Shown: in pieces, positions 26,400-35,928 of the stretch
How positions within the stretch are numbered: the stretch's first letter is position 1
Layout: every line of letters begins with the position of its first letter
From: Candidatus Altimarinota bacterium
GTDB taxonomy: Bacteria; Patescibacteriota; Gracilibacteria; CAIRYL01
Assembly (NCBI GenBank): GCA_965250085.1
Contig: OZ252287.1
Span: 1,056,001-1,120,000, forward strand
DNA length: 64,000 nt
Reading direction: 5' to 3'
Translations under genes and position numbers: made by a program
The notes under the pieces: generated by a model
The model's database searches: none
What the model was told of the DNA's origin: nothing
The model's input: the letters and a program-made list of their open reading frames with translations, nothing else

Positions 26400-28829
26400 A
26401 TGCCCCCTCAAGTTGCTACGACGAGTACTGCACACACTGATGTAGAAGAAAAAGAACACGATATATCAGAAGAAAAAACATCGGTTACCATCTCTCAGGA
26501 TAAACAAAGGTATCCGCGTATTTCTGCTGTGAAAAAAAGAGATACTTCAATGGTGCCGTTCAACCCGGAAAAAATCAGGACAGCGATTTTAAAAGCAGCT
26601 CAAACAGTGGCAATGCGAGATGGCGAACTTCCGAATGAAGAAGAAACGAGTCATATGACACAAGTAGTGCTCAACTATCTCAATAAAAAATACGGAAATC
26701 GAGTACCAACAGTCGAAGAAATAAATGATCTGGTTGAAATGGCGCTTATTAAAGAAGGACACGCAAGAACAGCGAAAGAATTTATTGTCTATCGTTTTCA
26801 GAGACAGCAAATCCGTGAAGGACGTATTTTAGAAATGAAGAAAGCCCTCTCCAAAGACTTCCTTGCAAAATATGAAGGAAGACAACCAAAGTGGGGATTT
26901 AACGGCTTGGGATATATTACCTACAAACGCACATACGCGCGTATTGTTGAAGGAGCCGGTCGTACCGAAGAATGGTGGGAGACAGTAGAACGATGCACAG
27001 AATGGATCTATAAAATGCATCACAAAATGAATATTACAATGCCACAAAAATACTATGAAGATCTGTATGACGCCGTGTTTCATCTCAAGGCAAATTTTTC
27101 CGGGCGTATGCTCTGGCAGGCAGGTTCTACTACAGTAGATGCCTTGGGAGGGGCATCAATGAATAATTGCTGGTGTCTCCTTATGGACTGCAAAGAATCA
27201 TTTCTCAATGCCCTCGATTACCTTATGCTCGGAGGAGGGGTTGGGTTCAATATTCAAAAAAGATATGTAGACAAAATTCCTCCCGTATATTCAGGAGTGG
27301 AGGTCGTAAGAAATGACGTTAATGATGCTGATTTTATTGTTCCCGATTCAAGAGAAGGATGGATTGACCTTCTTAGTAAAGTGCTTGACTCGTATCTCAC
27401 CACAGGAAGGTCATTTACCTATTCACTCCACTGTATCCGCGGATATGGAGAACCTATTAAAGGATTTGGAGGAAAGGCCTCTGGGCCAGAGCCACTTGCC
27501 AATGGAATCACTAAAATTACTAATGTGCTCAAAGCGAGAGAAAGCAAAAAACTCAGGCCCATAGACGTTCTGGATATTATGAATATTATTGGAGAAATTG
27601 TCGTTGCGGGCAATGTACGACGTAGCGCAGAAATAGCTCTCGGAGACGCAGATGACACCGAGTTTATGGAGGCGAAAATGTGGTCTAAGGGCATTCCTAA
27701 TCATCGGGCAATGTCCAATAATTCACTACTTTGTGACGACATCAATGCTCTTCCAGAGAGCTTTTGGAAAGGATATGAAATTAACCCAGAGACCGGTACG
27801 GCGCACTCTGAACCTTACGGGCTCATGAACCTGTCACTTTGTCAGGAAAAAGGAAGGCTCTCTGATGATCATCGCAAGGATCCAAATGTTGTGGGAACAA
27901 ATCCGTGTGCTGAAATTTCACTCGCCCCCACAGAGGATAATGGAGGAGCCGAACCTTGTAATCTCTGTGAAATTTATCTGAATAATATTGCTGATGAAGC
28001 TGAATTTATCAAGGTAGCAAAACTGATGTATCCAGTTATCAAAACCATTACTCGGTTGCCATATCATCAAAGAGCAACTGAAGAGATTGTCCATAAAAAT
28101 TCACGACTCGGAATGGGGATCACCGGTATTGTCATGAGACCAGATCTTACCACTTCAGAAACTCTTACCAATGTCTACAGAGCTATCGAAAAATATGATG
28201 CAGAATTTTCTAAAAAAAATGATCTTCCAGAGAGTATAAAACTCACAACAGTGAAGCCTTCAGGGACTCTTTCTCTTCTCGCTGGAGCAACACCAGGAGT
28301 GCATCCAGCATATTCACGTTACTACATTCGTCGTGTGCGCATGTCATCTGATGATCCACTCATACAAAAGTGTCGAGAAGCGGGATTGCATGTAGAACAT
28401 GTCAAAAGATTTGATGGAACGGAAGACCACAAAACATGTGTTGCAAGTTTTCCAGTAGAACTTGAAAAAGGGATTACCATTGCAGAAGAAATGACGGCTA
28501 TCAAGCAAATGGAACTCCACAAGCATATTCAGACTCATTGGGCAGATAATAATGTGTCTGTGACGGTGTACTACCGTCCAGAAGAGCTCCCCGCGATCAA
28601 AAAATGGCTCAAAGAAAATTATAATGATGGTGTCAAAACAATCTCATTTCTGCTCCACCAAGAACATGGATTTGAACAAGCTCCATATGAAGAGATCAGT
28701 AAAGAAAAATATGGAGAAGAAATGAAAAAATTTACTGGATTTGATTTTCAACAAAAAGAGCTCGAGGTTAAATCGCGCACTCTTGCTGAAAGCGTGGAGT
28801 GTGAAGGGGGACACTGTCCAGTGAGATAA
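26400..28829 (+). CDS. nrdJ: Class II (adenosylcobalamin-dependent) ribonucleotide reductase with N-terminal ATP cone
   Basis: ATP cone 'VKKRD..MVPFNPEKIRTAI..VEEINDLVE', then 'SGRMLW', 'NNCW', 'VVAGNVRRSA', 'GTNPCAEI', 'TTVKPSGT', C-terminal 'CEGGHCP'. Confidence 0.9.
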   Translation: MPPQVATTSTAHTDVEEKEHDISEEKTSVTISQDKQRYPRISAVKKRDTSMVPFNPEKIRTAILKAAQTVAMRDGELPNEEETSHMTQVVLNYLNKKYGNRVPTVEEINDLVEMALIKEGHARTAKEFIVYRFQRQQIREGRILEMKKALSKDFLAKYEGRQPKWGFNGLGYITYKRTYARIVEGAGRTEEWWETVERCTEWIYKMHHKMNITMPQKYYEDLYDAVFHLKANFSGRMLWQAGSTTVDALGGASMNNCWCLLMDCKESFLNALDYLMLGGGVGFNIQKRYVDKIPPVYSGVEVVRNDVNDADFIVPDSREGWIDLLSKVLDSYLTTGRSFTYSLHCIRGYGEPIKGFGGKASGPEPLANGITKITNVLKARESKKLRPIDVLDIMNIIGEIVVAGNVRRSAEIALGDADDTEFMEAKMWSKGIPNHRAMSNNSLLCDDINALPESFWKGYEINPETGTAHSEPYGLMNLSLCQEKGRLSDDHRKDPNVVGTNPCAEISLAPTEDNGGAEPCNLCEIYLNNIADEAEFIKVAKLMYPVIKTITRLPYHQRATEEIVHKNSRLGMGITGIVMRPDLTTSETLTNVYRAIEKYDAEFSKKNDLPESIKLTTVKPSGTLSLLAGATPGVHPAYSRYYIRRVRMSSDDPLIQKCREAGLHVEHVKRFDGTEDHKTCVASFPVELEKGITIAEEMTAIKQMELHKHIQTHWADNNVSVTVYYRPEELPAIKKWLKENYNDGVKTISFLLHQEHGFEQAPYEEISKEKYGEEMKKFTGFDFQQKELEVKSRTLAESVECEGGHCPVR

Positions 28830-28917
28830 TTTTTGCGAGAAAAGCAGGATATTAAAATTTAGAAAGGAGAGGAAAACATTTTCTTTCTGGCTTTGATTGG
28901 AGGGATGTAGGAAAGAA

Positions 28918-29931
28918 CTATACAACTTCATCTCTCCCTATTCGTTCCTTCGGAGGGATCCATTTTTGATCAAGGGTGGCATATACTTCTTCTTCAGTCG
29001 TTCCTGCGACTTTCTCTTTCCCTCTAAAGACACCATACTCAGAAAGCAGGAGTCCTTTCTTCTGAGCTATACGTCTCAAAAGAATATTATGCTCCTTTGA
29101 TCCTGTAAAATATTGGAGTGCTGAACCAAAACTTTCTGGTTCTACAACTCTTAAATCCACTTGTCTCTCGCCTTTAACAAAAACTGAAGCCTTGGTATGC
29201 CCTTTGGCATTTATTTTTGTAATTTCTGGGCATGTGAGAAAGAAATTGATGACCTCATCAGGATTTTTACTCACTGCCAAAATATCAATGTCTCCAATTG
29301 TTGTGGACTGTCTTCTGAGGCTTCCAGCGACCTCTATTTGTTGCGCTTGGCTGCATTTCTGAAGATGTTTTACAAAGATATCAGCAATTTGCTTTGCTTC
29401 TGCATAAGGAATACGACTCTGCTGTCCAGCCGAGAGTTCTATCGATTTCTTGATATTTTCTACTGTCTTTTCCCCAAAATTTTCTCGCTCAGCTAATTTC
29501 CCACTTTTAAGAAGAATTGCGAGATCTTGCTTGCTTTGAATTTGATATTCAAACCAGAGAATTTTGAGCGTCTTGGACCCAATGCCTGGAATATTGAGAA
29601 GATCAAGCAATCCTGATGGAAAACCAGATTCAAGTTTTTCCAAAGCAGCGATCTTTCCCGTATCCCGATATTCCACAATCTTTCCTGCAAGAGCTTGACC
29701 AATACGTGGTATTTTTCTCAGTTCTGATTCTGATGCAGATGATAAAATCTCTTCAGAAAGCCCTCCTATTATTTCTGCACCCGTTCGGTATGCACGTATT
29801 TTAAATGCATTTTCTTCAGCAAGTTCCAGAAGATTTGCCATTTCCAAAAATCGATCTTTGAGCTCAAATGCCAGCACAAATTTGCAAAAAAAGACAAAAA
29901 AGAGTATATCATACAGATACTTTTTTCTCAT
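28918..29931 (-). CDS. polX: DNA polymerase X family protein lacking the PHP domain
   Basis: 'ENAFKIRAY', HhH 'IPGIGSKT', 'AGSLRR..TIGDIDIL', 'VDLR', 'LQYFTGSKEHN', 'LSEYG'. True start is probably somewhat downstream of 29931. Confidence 0.9.
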   Translation of the reverse strand: MRKKYLYDILFFVFFCKFVLAFELKDRFLEMANLLELAEENAFKIRAYRTGAEIIGGLSEEILSSASESELRKIPRIGQALAGKIVEYRDTGKIAALEKLESGFPSGLLDLLNIPGIGSKTLKILWFEYQIQSKQDLAILLKSGKLAERENFGEKTVENIKKSIELSAGQQSRIPYAEAKQIADIFVKHLQKCSQAQQIEVAGSLRRQSTTIGDIDILAVSKNPDEVINFFLTCPEITKINAKGHTKASVFVKGERQVDLRVVEPESFGSALQYFTGSKEHNILLRRIAQKKGLLLSEYGVFRGKEKVAGTTEEEVYATLDQKWIPPKERIGRDEVV

Positions 29932-29943
29932 TTCTTCTTTTCT

Positions 29944-30372
29944 ATGTCAGACCACATGAACATGCAACATCGGCCTCGTAAACATTCTTCTCAAAAAATA
30001 CTTCTTATCCTTGCAGGAATTACATTGCTCTCTACATTTCTTCCCTGGTTTCACATGAATATTCCAGAGCTTGGAGGAATACCTCTGGGAATACCAGATG
30101 TAAGCGTTAATGGCATGCATTCCGTAGGCATGCTTACATTTCTGGGATCTTTGGGATATGTACTTTGGAAAGGACTTCCCATGGCGGGGATAAGCATTCC
30201 TCAAATAAGCATGTCAGACATAAAACTTCAAAAAACTCTAGCAATTCTCATGATTGCTGGACCGATTTTCTGGATCCTAAAAATGCAGTTTGGACTTTCG
30301 GGAACAGGAATCGGATTTTGGGGAGCTCTAATCTGTAGCACCCTTTTTGCTTGGAAAACTTTTAAAAAATAA
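29944..30372 (+). CDS. Four-TM membrane protein
   Basis: 'STFLPW' and 'GIGFWGALI' hydrophobic segments. Confidence 0.65.
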   Translation: MSDHMNMQHRPRKHSSQKILLILAGITLLSTFLPWFHMNIPELGGIPLGIPDVSVNGMHSVGMLTFLGSLGYVLWKGLPMAGISIPQISMSDIKLQKTLAILMIAGPIFWILKMQFGLSGTGIGFWGALICSTLFAWKTFKK

Positions 30373-30377
30373 ATTTT

Positions 30378-32477
30378 TTATAAGAGAAATCGTGCATCTA
30401 ATGCAATCACTCCTTTTCCCTGAGATCTCACGAGGAGGGGATTGATGTCAAGTTCAGTAATTTCGGGGATATCAATTGATATATGAGCAATTGCAACAAT
30501 CGCTTGTGCCAAGCGTGCAATATCCGCGGGAGCTTCTCCACGGATACCCTTGAGAAGTTGAATAGCTTTTACTTCATGGATCATATTTTCCGCTTCATAA
30601 GTATCCATCGGAGCAATCCGAAACGAGACGTCTTTCATGGCTTCCACATATACTCCTCCTAATCCAAACATAATTAATGGACCGAACACTTCATCTCGTT
30701 TCATGCCCACAATCACCTCTCGCCCGAAATGATACATCTTTTGTACTAATATCCCATCGACTTGTGCCTTTGGGGCTTTCTTCTGAACATTTATATTTAT
30801 TTCCTCAAAAGCTGATATGACCTCATCTGCATTTTTGAGTGCGAGTCGCACTCCACCAACATCAGTTTTGTGAAGCACCTCATCTGATGCTATTTTCAGC
30901 ACGACTGGATATCCTATTCTTTCTGCAAATTGTACGGCCTCATCTTTGGAATTTGCTATGAGTGCCGCCGGCAAAGAAATATCATAAGTCCTCAGAAGTT
31001 CCGATATGATTTTAGAACTGAGTTGCAAATTTCCTTTCTTTTGCTCAGTTTGTATTTTTTTCCGGAGAGAAGAAGAGAGAGGGTGTTTTTGAGTGGTATT
31101 TTTCTCTCGATTTTGATTTTTCCTCCATTTGGAAAGCTCTGCCATGCGTTCAAATGTCCGTACAGCCCTCGTGGGATACAGAAAATTGGGAACACTATTT
31201 TCTTCTAATTTTTTGGCGGCATATTCAATATTTTTCCCTCCCATAAAAGCAGTGAAAATGGGTTTGTCTGGATATGCTTCATTGAATGCTATCGCAACTT
31301 CTGCAGTTTCTTCCTTTTCAGTCATTATTTGTGGGGTAAGAATGGTGAGCACCATATCCACATTCTCATCTGCACACACCTTGCTTAGAGCGGATGCATA
31401 GCGATCACTCAATGCATCCCCAATGACATCTACTGGATTATGAATATTGGCAGTAGAGGGTAGTGATGATGCGAGTTGATGAGAAGTCTTTTGAGAAAAC
31501 TCCGCCATTTGTAAAATCTCGGAAATATCAATAGCATCAGTAGCAATCACCCCCGGACCTCCTGCATTTGTAACAATAGCCACTTGAGTTCCATTGGGAA
31601 GAGGTTGCATACTGAGTGCGCGCGCGAGATCAAAAAAATCTTCGACAGTATGAGCCCTGAGAACACCAGAGGTATTCATAGCAGCCTCTACTGCTTGGTC
31701 AGAGCCAGCTAAAGCTCCAGTATGAGAAGAAACCGCCTTAATTCCGGCATCAGAAATGCCTGACTTAAAAAGTACAATCGGTTTTTTAAGAGCCACTTTT
31801 TTCGAAATTTCCATAAATTGTTTTCCGTCTGCAAAGCTTTCGAGGTAGAGCATGATCACATCGGTATCGTTGTCTTTCTCCAGAAACTCCAAGCAATCGT
31901 TTTCGGTAATGCCTGCTTTGTTTCCCAAACTCACAATTTTACTAAATCCAATATTTTCTTCATATGCCCAGTCAGTAATGGCTACAGCCATGGCTCCGGA
32001 CTGAGATATAAGGGCAATATTTCCTTTGTTCGGCATTCCTTCTGCAAAAGAAGCATTCAGATCTTTATGGATATTCAAGACTCCCAAGCAGTTGGGTCCC
32101 ACAAGGTTCATCTTATGTTTTTTTACAATTTTTTGGATCTCTTGCTCCATGGCAGCTCCTTCTTTACCGGTTTCTTTAAATCCTGCAGATATAATGACGA
32201 CATTCTGAATTTTTTTCACAGCACATTCTTTGAGCACTGTTATTACAACAGAAGCTGGGACCGCAATGATCGCTAGGTCTATTTTTTCGGCTACCTTCAG
32301 TACTGAAGGAAATGTTTTTTTCCCCAAAATCTCATCAATTTTTGGGTTGATCGGATAAATCTTTCCATCAAAGTCAGAGTGCACCAAATTGCTCAAAATA
32401 TCGAATCCCAGCTTCCCTGGAGTAGCGGAAGCTCCTATAAGTGCTACTGATGAAGGACAGAAAAGTTTCTTCAGCAT
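30378..32477 (-). CDS. Acetate--CoA ligase (ADP-forming), fused alpha/beta
   Basis: CoA-binding 'SVALIGAS', 'GPNCLG', 'SQSGA', phospho-His 'SHTGALAG', ATP-grasp 'HKTDVGGV...ELDINPL...LDAR'. Confidence 0.93.
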   Translation of the reverse strand: MLKKLFCPSSVALIGASATPGKLGFDILSNLVHSDFDGKIYPINPKIDEILGKKTFPSVLKVAEKIDLAIIAVPASVVITVLKECAVKKIQNVVIISAGFKETGKEGAAMEQEIQKIVKKHKMNLVGPNCLGVLNIHKDLNASFAEGMPNKGNIALISQSGAMAVAITDWAYEENIGFSKIVSLGNKAGITENDCLEFLEKDNDTDVIMLYLESFADGKQFMEISKKVALKKPIVLFKSGISDAGIKAVSSHTGALAGSDQAVEAAMNTSGVLRAHTVEDFFDLARALSMQPLPNGTQVAIVTNAGGPGVIATDAIDISEILQMAEFSQKTSHQLASSLPSTANIHNPVDVIGDALSDRYASALSKVCADENVDMVLTILTPQIMTEKEETAEVAIAFNEAYPDKPIFTAFMGGKNIEYAAKKLEENSVPNFLYPTRAVRTFERMAELSKWRKNQNREKNTTQKHPLSSSLRKKIQTEQKKGNLQLSSKIISELLRTYDISLPAALIANSKDEAVQFAERIGYPVVLKIASDEVLHKTDVGGVRLALKNADEVISAFEEININVQKKAPKAQVDGILVQKMYHFGREVIVGMKRDEVFGPLIMFGLGGVYVEAMKDVSFRIAPMDTYEAENMIHEVKAIQLLKGIRGEAPADIARLAQAIVAIAHISIDIPEITELDINPLLVRSQGKGVIALDARFLL

Positions 32478-32606
32478 ATGTTTTTGTATTTGTTCAAGCC
32501 ATTATACCAAATTTTCCTCGAAAAAACGAGGAAGAAAGGGGTAAAGATCGTGAGCGTTATGGTTGACAAATCAACAGTATTGGGTATAAATTAACCTACG
32601 AATATG

Positions 32607-33650
32607 TCCCGCATTCTGTGGTGAAGTGCACCACTTGGGATAAAAAGATATTAGAGATTGTTATAGAAGTCAAAGACATGGGTGGGAGTTCTAAAGCCGA
32701 GAACTTTCATGGGAGTGTTGTTAAGAGTATCAACAAAGGATTGTAACTGGTTTTGAGAGAAATTCTTGAGGTCAGCTTTCTTAGGGACAAATTTTCTAAG
32801 TTTTCCAATGGCGTTTTCTACAGAGCCTTTTTGCCAAGAAGAGTAGGGGTCACAAAAATAAATAGGGATTCTTAAGTCTTTATATCTTGTGTTTTCTACA
32901 CCGTTGTCCAAGGTAAGTGAGTATGCAGGGAGTTGGTGCAGAATGTCTCCAAATCCCTGCATGGATTCTCTGAGCCGAGACACCTTCTTCACGAATATTT
33001 TACGAGAGAGTCGTTCTCTAACGATGACAAGAGTTTGTGGGGAAGCTTTCTTGGGTCTGCCCATGGTATCTCCTTCGTAGTGTCCAAATCTTTTCTTCTG
33101 GTTGATATGCTGAGGTCTTTGGGCAATAAACACTCTATCTTTGATGATTTCATGCTTTGATTTCTTCTTTCTCCGTTTACGCTTCCTATATCTCTTGCGA
33201 TAAAGAAGAGGACATAGGTCTTGTCCGTGTGCACTGTAGAGATATGTATAGATGGCATCTTTCCCAATACGAACTCTCTTCTCCAAGTACAGTACTCCTG
33301 CAATCTTCTCTGGTGACCATTTTAACAACATCTTTTCTCGCATATACTTCTCTATCTCATCATCCTCACGTACCTTCATTCCTTGGTATTTACTAAATCT
33401 TCTTTTGTTCTGTGCTTTTTGATGAGCCTTACACGCATCGTATCCTCCTCTCTTCATCTTCCGCTTGAGCTCTCTGATGATTGTAGAGTGACTCCTGTTC
33501 ATCGCTTTGGCTATCGATCTCATCGAATACCCTTTGGAGTGGAGTATTAAGAGTTCTTGTCTCTCGCTCTTACTGAAGTGTTCATAGTTGTTCATGCACC
33601 TAGAGTATTAAATTCTTCCGAGGTGGTGCACTTCAAACTCGAATTGAGGA
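32607..33650 (-). mobile_element. IS30-family insertion sequence (~1.04 kb)
   Basis: Imperfect TIRs TCCCGCATTCTGTGGTGAAGTGCACCAC and reverse complement TCCTCAATTCGAGTTTGAAGTGCACCAC; exact ends uncertain by 1-3 bp. Confidence 0.85.
32651..33595 (-). CDS. IS30-family transposase
   Basis: HTH 'SMRSIAKAMNRSHSTIIRELKR', 'WSPEKIAG', 'GHYEGDT', 'LTLDNGVE', 'PYSSWQKGSVEN'. Confidence 0.95.
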   Translation of the reverse strand: MNNYEHFSKSERQELLILHSKGYSMRSIAKAMNRSHSTIIRELKRKMKRGGYDACKAHQKAQNKRRFSKYQGMKVREDDEIEKYMREKMLLKWSPEKIAGVLYLEKRVRIGKDAIYTYLYSAHGQDLCPLLYRKRYRKRKRRKKKSKHEIIKDRVFIAQRPQHINQKKRFGHYEGDTMGRPKKASPQTLVIVRERLSRKIFVKKVSRLRESMQGFGDILHQLPAYSLTLDNGVENTRYKDLRIPIYFCDPYSSWQKGSVENAIGKLRKFVPKKADLKNFSQNQLQSFVDTLNNTPMKVLGFRTPTHVFDFYNNL

Positions 33651-33823
33651 TTATTAGTTCCAAGGAATAGAAATTTGCAGATCTAGCCACTTCGAAAGAC
33701 GAGTCCGATTCAATTCATCTTGCCCCCGTTCCAATATCCAATCCTGAATATCCCGCCGGCTCGGAAGAACAGTCAGAAGAAACGATTTCTGATGCTCAGA
33801 GAATAGAAAACCTCTGTTCAGAG

Positions 33824-34426
33824 ATGACCAGTACAGGAGCAGAGCTGACCGACCCTTGGCTGAGGGAAGTCGTCACCGGTCTGAGCCGCACTGTCCGTTG
33901 GGCGGCCAGTGAAGTACTGGATGCAATCGAACCTGAACGGTACTACTGGACGAAAGAAATGCTGGAAAAAGCATACAATGATGGGCGTCTTAGAAAATAT
34001 CATCCCGGTGAAGGTTTCCAGAGAGCGCTCGGCATTTTGAAGTATGACTACGGGGAAAGGCTCGGCCTCATTGGCTTCTTCTCGCAGGGCACAACCGAGC
34101 ACGATCGCGTGGTGCTGTCGACAATTGCGAAGTTTGATCTGAAACTCTATGAAGCACTCAAGATGGGACTGCGGAACCGGAAGAAGTCTCGGAAGACTCA
34201 CCAAGTCCGTTTGGAACTCAGCGATGGATCGGTGACCACGCCGGTCCGTACGCTTTCAGATCTGGTGCTCTCAATCAGGAGCATCGCGTACCGAGATCTT
34301 GAAGATCGTGGAATGTTGTGGATATCCGAAGTCGAGGAGATTTCAAAAGCTATCCAAGATCTCTATGCCTCGCGGCGAAAGAACATGGCCAGAGCTACCC
34401 ACGCCGGGTTGCCCTCAGATCAATAG
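33824..34426 (+). CDS. Hypothetical protein, more GC-rich than flanks
   Basis: 200-aa ORF; the frame is open upstream to 33671; followed by a hairpin terminator. Confidence 0.6.
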   Translation: MTSTGAELTDPWLREVVTGLSRTVRWAASEVLDAIEPERYYWTKEMLEKAYNDGRLRKYHPGEGFQRALGILKYDYGERLGLIGFFSQGTTEHDRVVLSTIAKFDLKLYEALKMGLRNRKKSRKTHQVRLELSDGSVTTPVRTLSDLVLSIRSIAYRDLEDRGMLWISEVEEISKAIQDLYASRRKNMARATHAGLPSDQ

Positions 34427-34472
34427 TAACTTAACCCTTCATCTTCGCCGTTCAAGGGTTGACAACCTACGT

Positions 34473-34500
34473 TGGTTCAGGTTTCCAACCTGAATCTTTA
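34473..34500 (+). terminator. Putative intrinsic terminator
   Basis: GGTTCAGGTT-TCC-AACCTGAATC followed by TTTA. Confidence 0.5.
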
Positions 34501-34614
34501 CATTTCCATTACTTTTCACTCTAGGAAGATAATAAAGTATATTTCTTCATTCATATTTTTTCGATTCATGTAGAGGACACTTTTTGTCTTATAAGATTTT
34601 TGGAAAGTATAGAA

Positions 34615-34740
34615 ATACCTGATTCAAGTTACCCTTCAAAGGCGGGCAGGCTAAACTTGAACCATCGACAGTGCCCTCAATACCTCGTGCCTCAGTCTCC
34701 TAGTAGGTGTTCTGACATGGATATTGGCTTCACAGGAATT
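34615..34740. ncRNA. Candidate structured ncRNA, possibly 6S-like; strand uncertain
   Basis: GC-rich island in an AT-rich gap. Ends pair (CCTG...CAGG), internal GATTCAAGTT/AACTTGAACC stem. The minus strand carries GAAGCCAATAT and GGTTCAAG..AGCCTGC, reminiscent of 6S RNA motifs. Confidence 0.4.
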
Positions 34741-34877
34741 CATGGCGAAAAAATAAACTCTGTTCTTTCCAGCATAAAACACAATTCTCGTAATGTTTTC
34801 TTAAATGCACACCAGAAAATACTTTTAATTTTTCTTAAGTTCTGGCATCCTGTTTTGGCATATTTCCCCTTCCTTTC

Positions 34878-35912
34878 ATGGTCACAGATCAAAAACAAAA
34901 GGCGTTAGAAAGCGCTCTTTCACAAATTCAGAAACAATTTGGAGAAGGCTCTATCATGAACCTTTCCAGTGCTGGTAAGATGAAAATAGAAACGATTCCC
35001 ACAGGAGCACTTTCGCTTGATATCGCACTTGGCGGAGGTATTCCCAAGGGGCGCGTTGTTGAGATTTATGGTCCTGAATCTTCAGGGAAAACAACCCTGA
35101 CTCTTCACATTGCTGCTGAATGCCAGAAGCAAGGAGGGCAGGTAGCATTTATTGATGCAGAGCATGCACTGGACCCACAATACGCAAAAAATATTGGTCT
35201 GGATGTAGAGAAATGCACTATTTCTCAACCCGACTCTGGAGAACAAGCCCTTGAAATCACTGAGATGTTGGTGCGATCCGGAGCCGTAGATCTGGTGATT
35301 ATCGATTCAGTAGCAGCTCTGGTGCCCAAGGCAGAGATAGAAGGTATGATGGGAGATTCTCACATGGGACTTCAAGCGAGACTGATGAGCCAAGCTCTCA
35401 GGAAGCTCACAAGCATCATTGGCAAATCCAAATGCACGGTGATTTTTATCAATCAAATCCGTATGAAAATCGGTATCGTGTTTGGCAATCCCGAAACAAC
35501 GACTGGAGGCAATGCACTTAAGTTCTATTCTTCTGTGCGGCTCGATATTCGTCGCCGTGCCAAGATTGATCAGGGAAGTGGTGATGACAAAGAAGCGGTG
35601 GGGAATCGTGTGAAGGTCAAGGTGGTGAAAAATAAAGTAGCACCTCCATTTAAAGTCGCGGAATTTGATATCATGTTTAACGAAGGGATCTCCAGAGAAG
35701 GAGATGTATTGGACATGGCGGTCAATTATGACATTGTCAAAAAATCGGGAGCATTTTTCTCTTATGGAGATACAAAACTTGGTCAGGGTAGAGAAAATGC
35801 AAAAAAATTCCTCAGAGAAAATGTAAAAACAGCAGAAAAAATAGAAAAAGAAGTTCTGAGGAGAGTAGAAAAGGGAGAAGAACCAGGAGAAGAAGTCGCA
35901 GAAGAAAAATAA
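34878..35912 (+). CDS. recA: Recombinase RecA
   Basis: 'GPESSGKTT', 'DAEHALDP', '[11 protein letters not shown]', '[14 protein letters not shown]'. Confidence 0.99.
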   Translation: MVTDQKQKALESALSQIQKQFGEGSIMNLSSAGKMKIETIPTGALSLDIALGGGIPKGRVVEIYGPESSGKTTLTLHIAAECQKQGGQVAFIDAEHALDPQYAKNIGLDVEKCTISQPDSGEQALEITEMLVRSGAVDLVIIDSVAALVPKAEIEGMMGDSHMGLQARLMSQALRKLTSIIGKSKCTVIFINQIRMKIGIVFGNPETTTGGNALKFYSSVRLDIRRRAKIDQGSGDDKEAVGNRVKVKVVKNKVAPPFKVAEFDIMFNEGISREGDVLDMAVNYDIVKKSGAFFSYGDTKLGQGRENAKKFLRENVKTAEKIEKEVLRRVEKGEEPGEEVAEEK

Positions 35913-35928
35913 TTTATGGAAATGATAT

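Noticed and set aside
34600-34908. 102-aa ORF upstream of recA
   Set aside because: TTG start, overlaps recA, no recognisable features; the region is better explained as structured RNA plus promoter.
26400-35912. Inteins or introns in nrdJ or recA
   Set aside because: Both have normal lengths and contiguous motifs, with no intein-type boundaries or homing endonuclease motifs.
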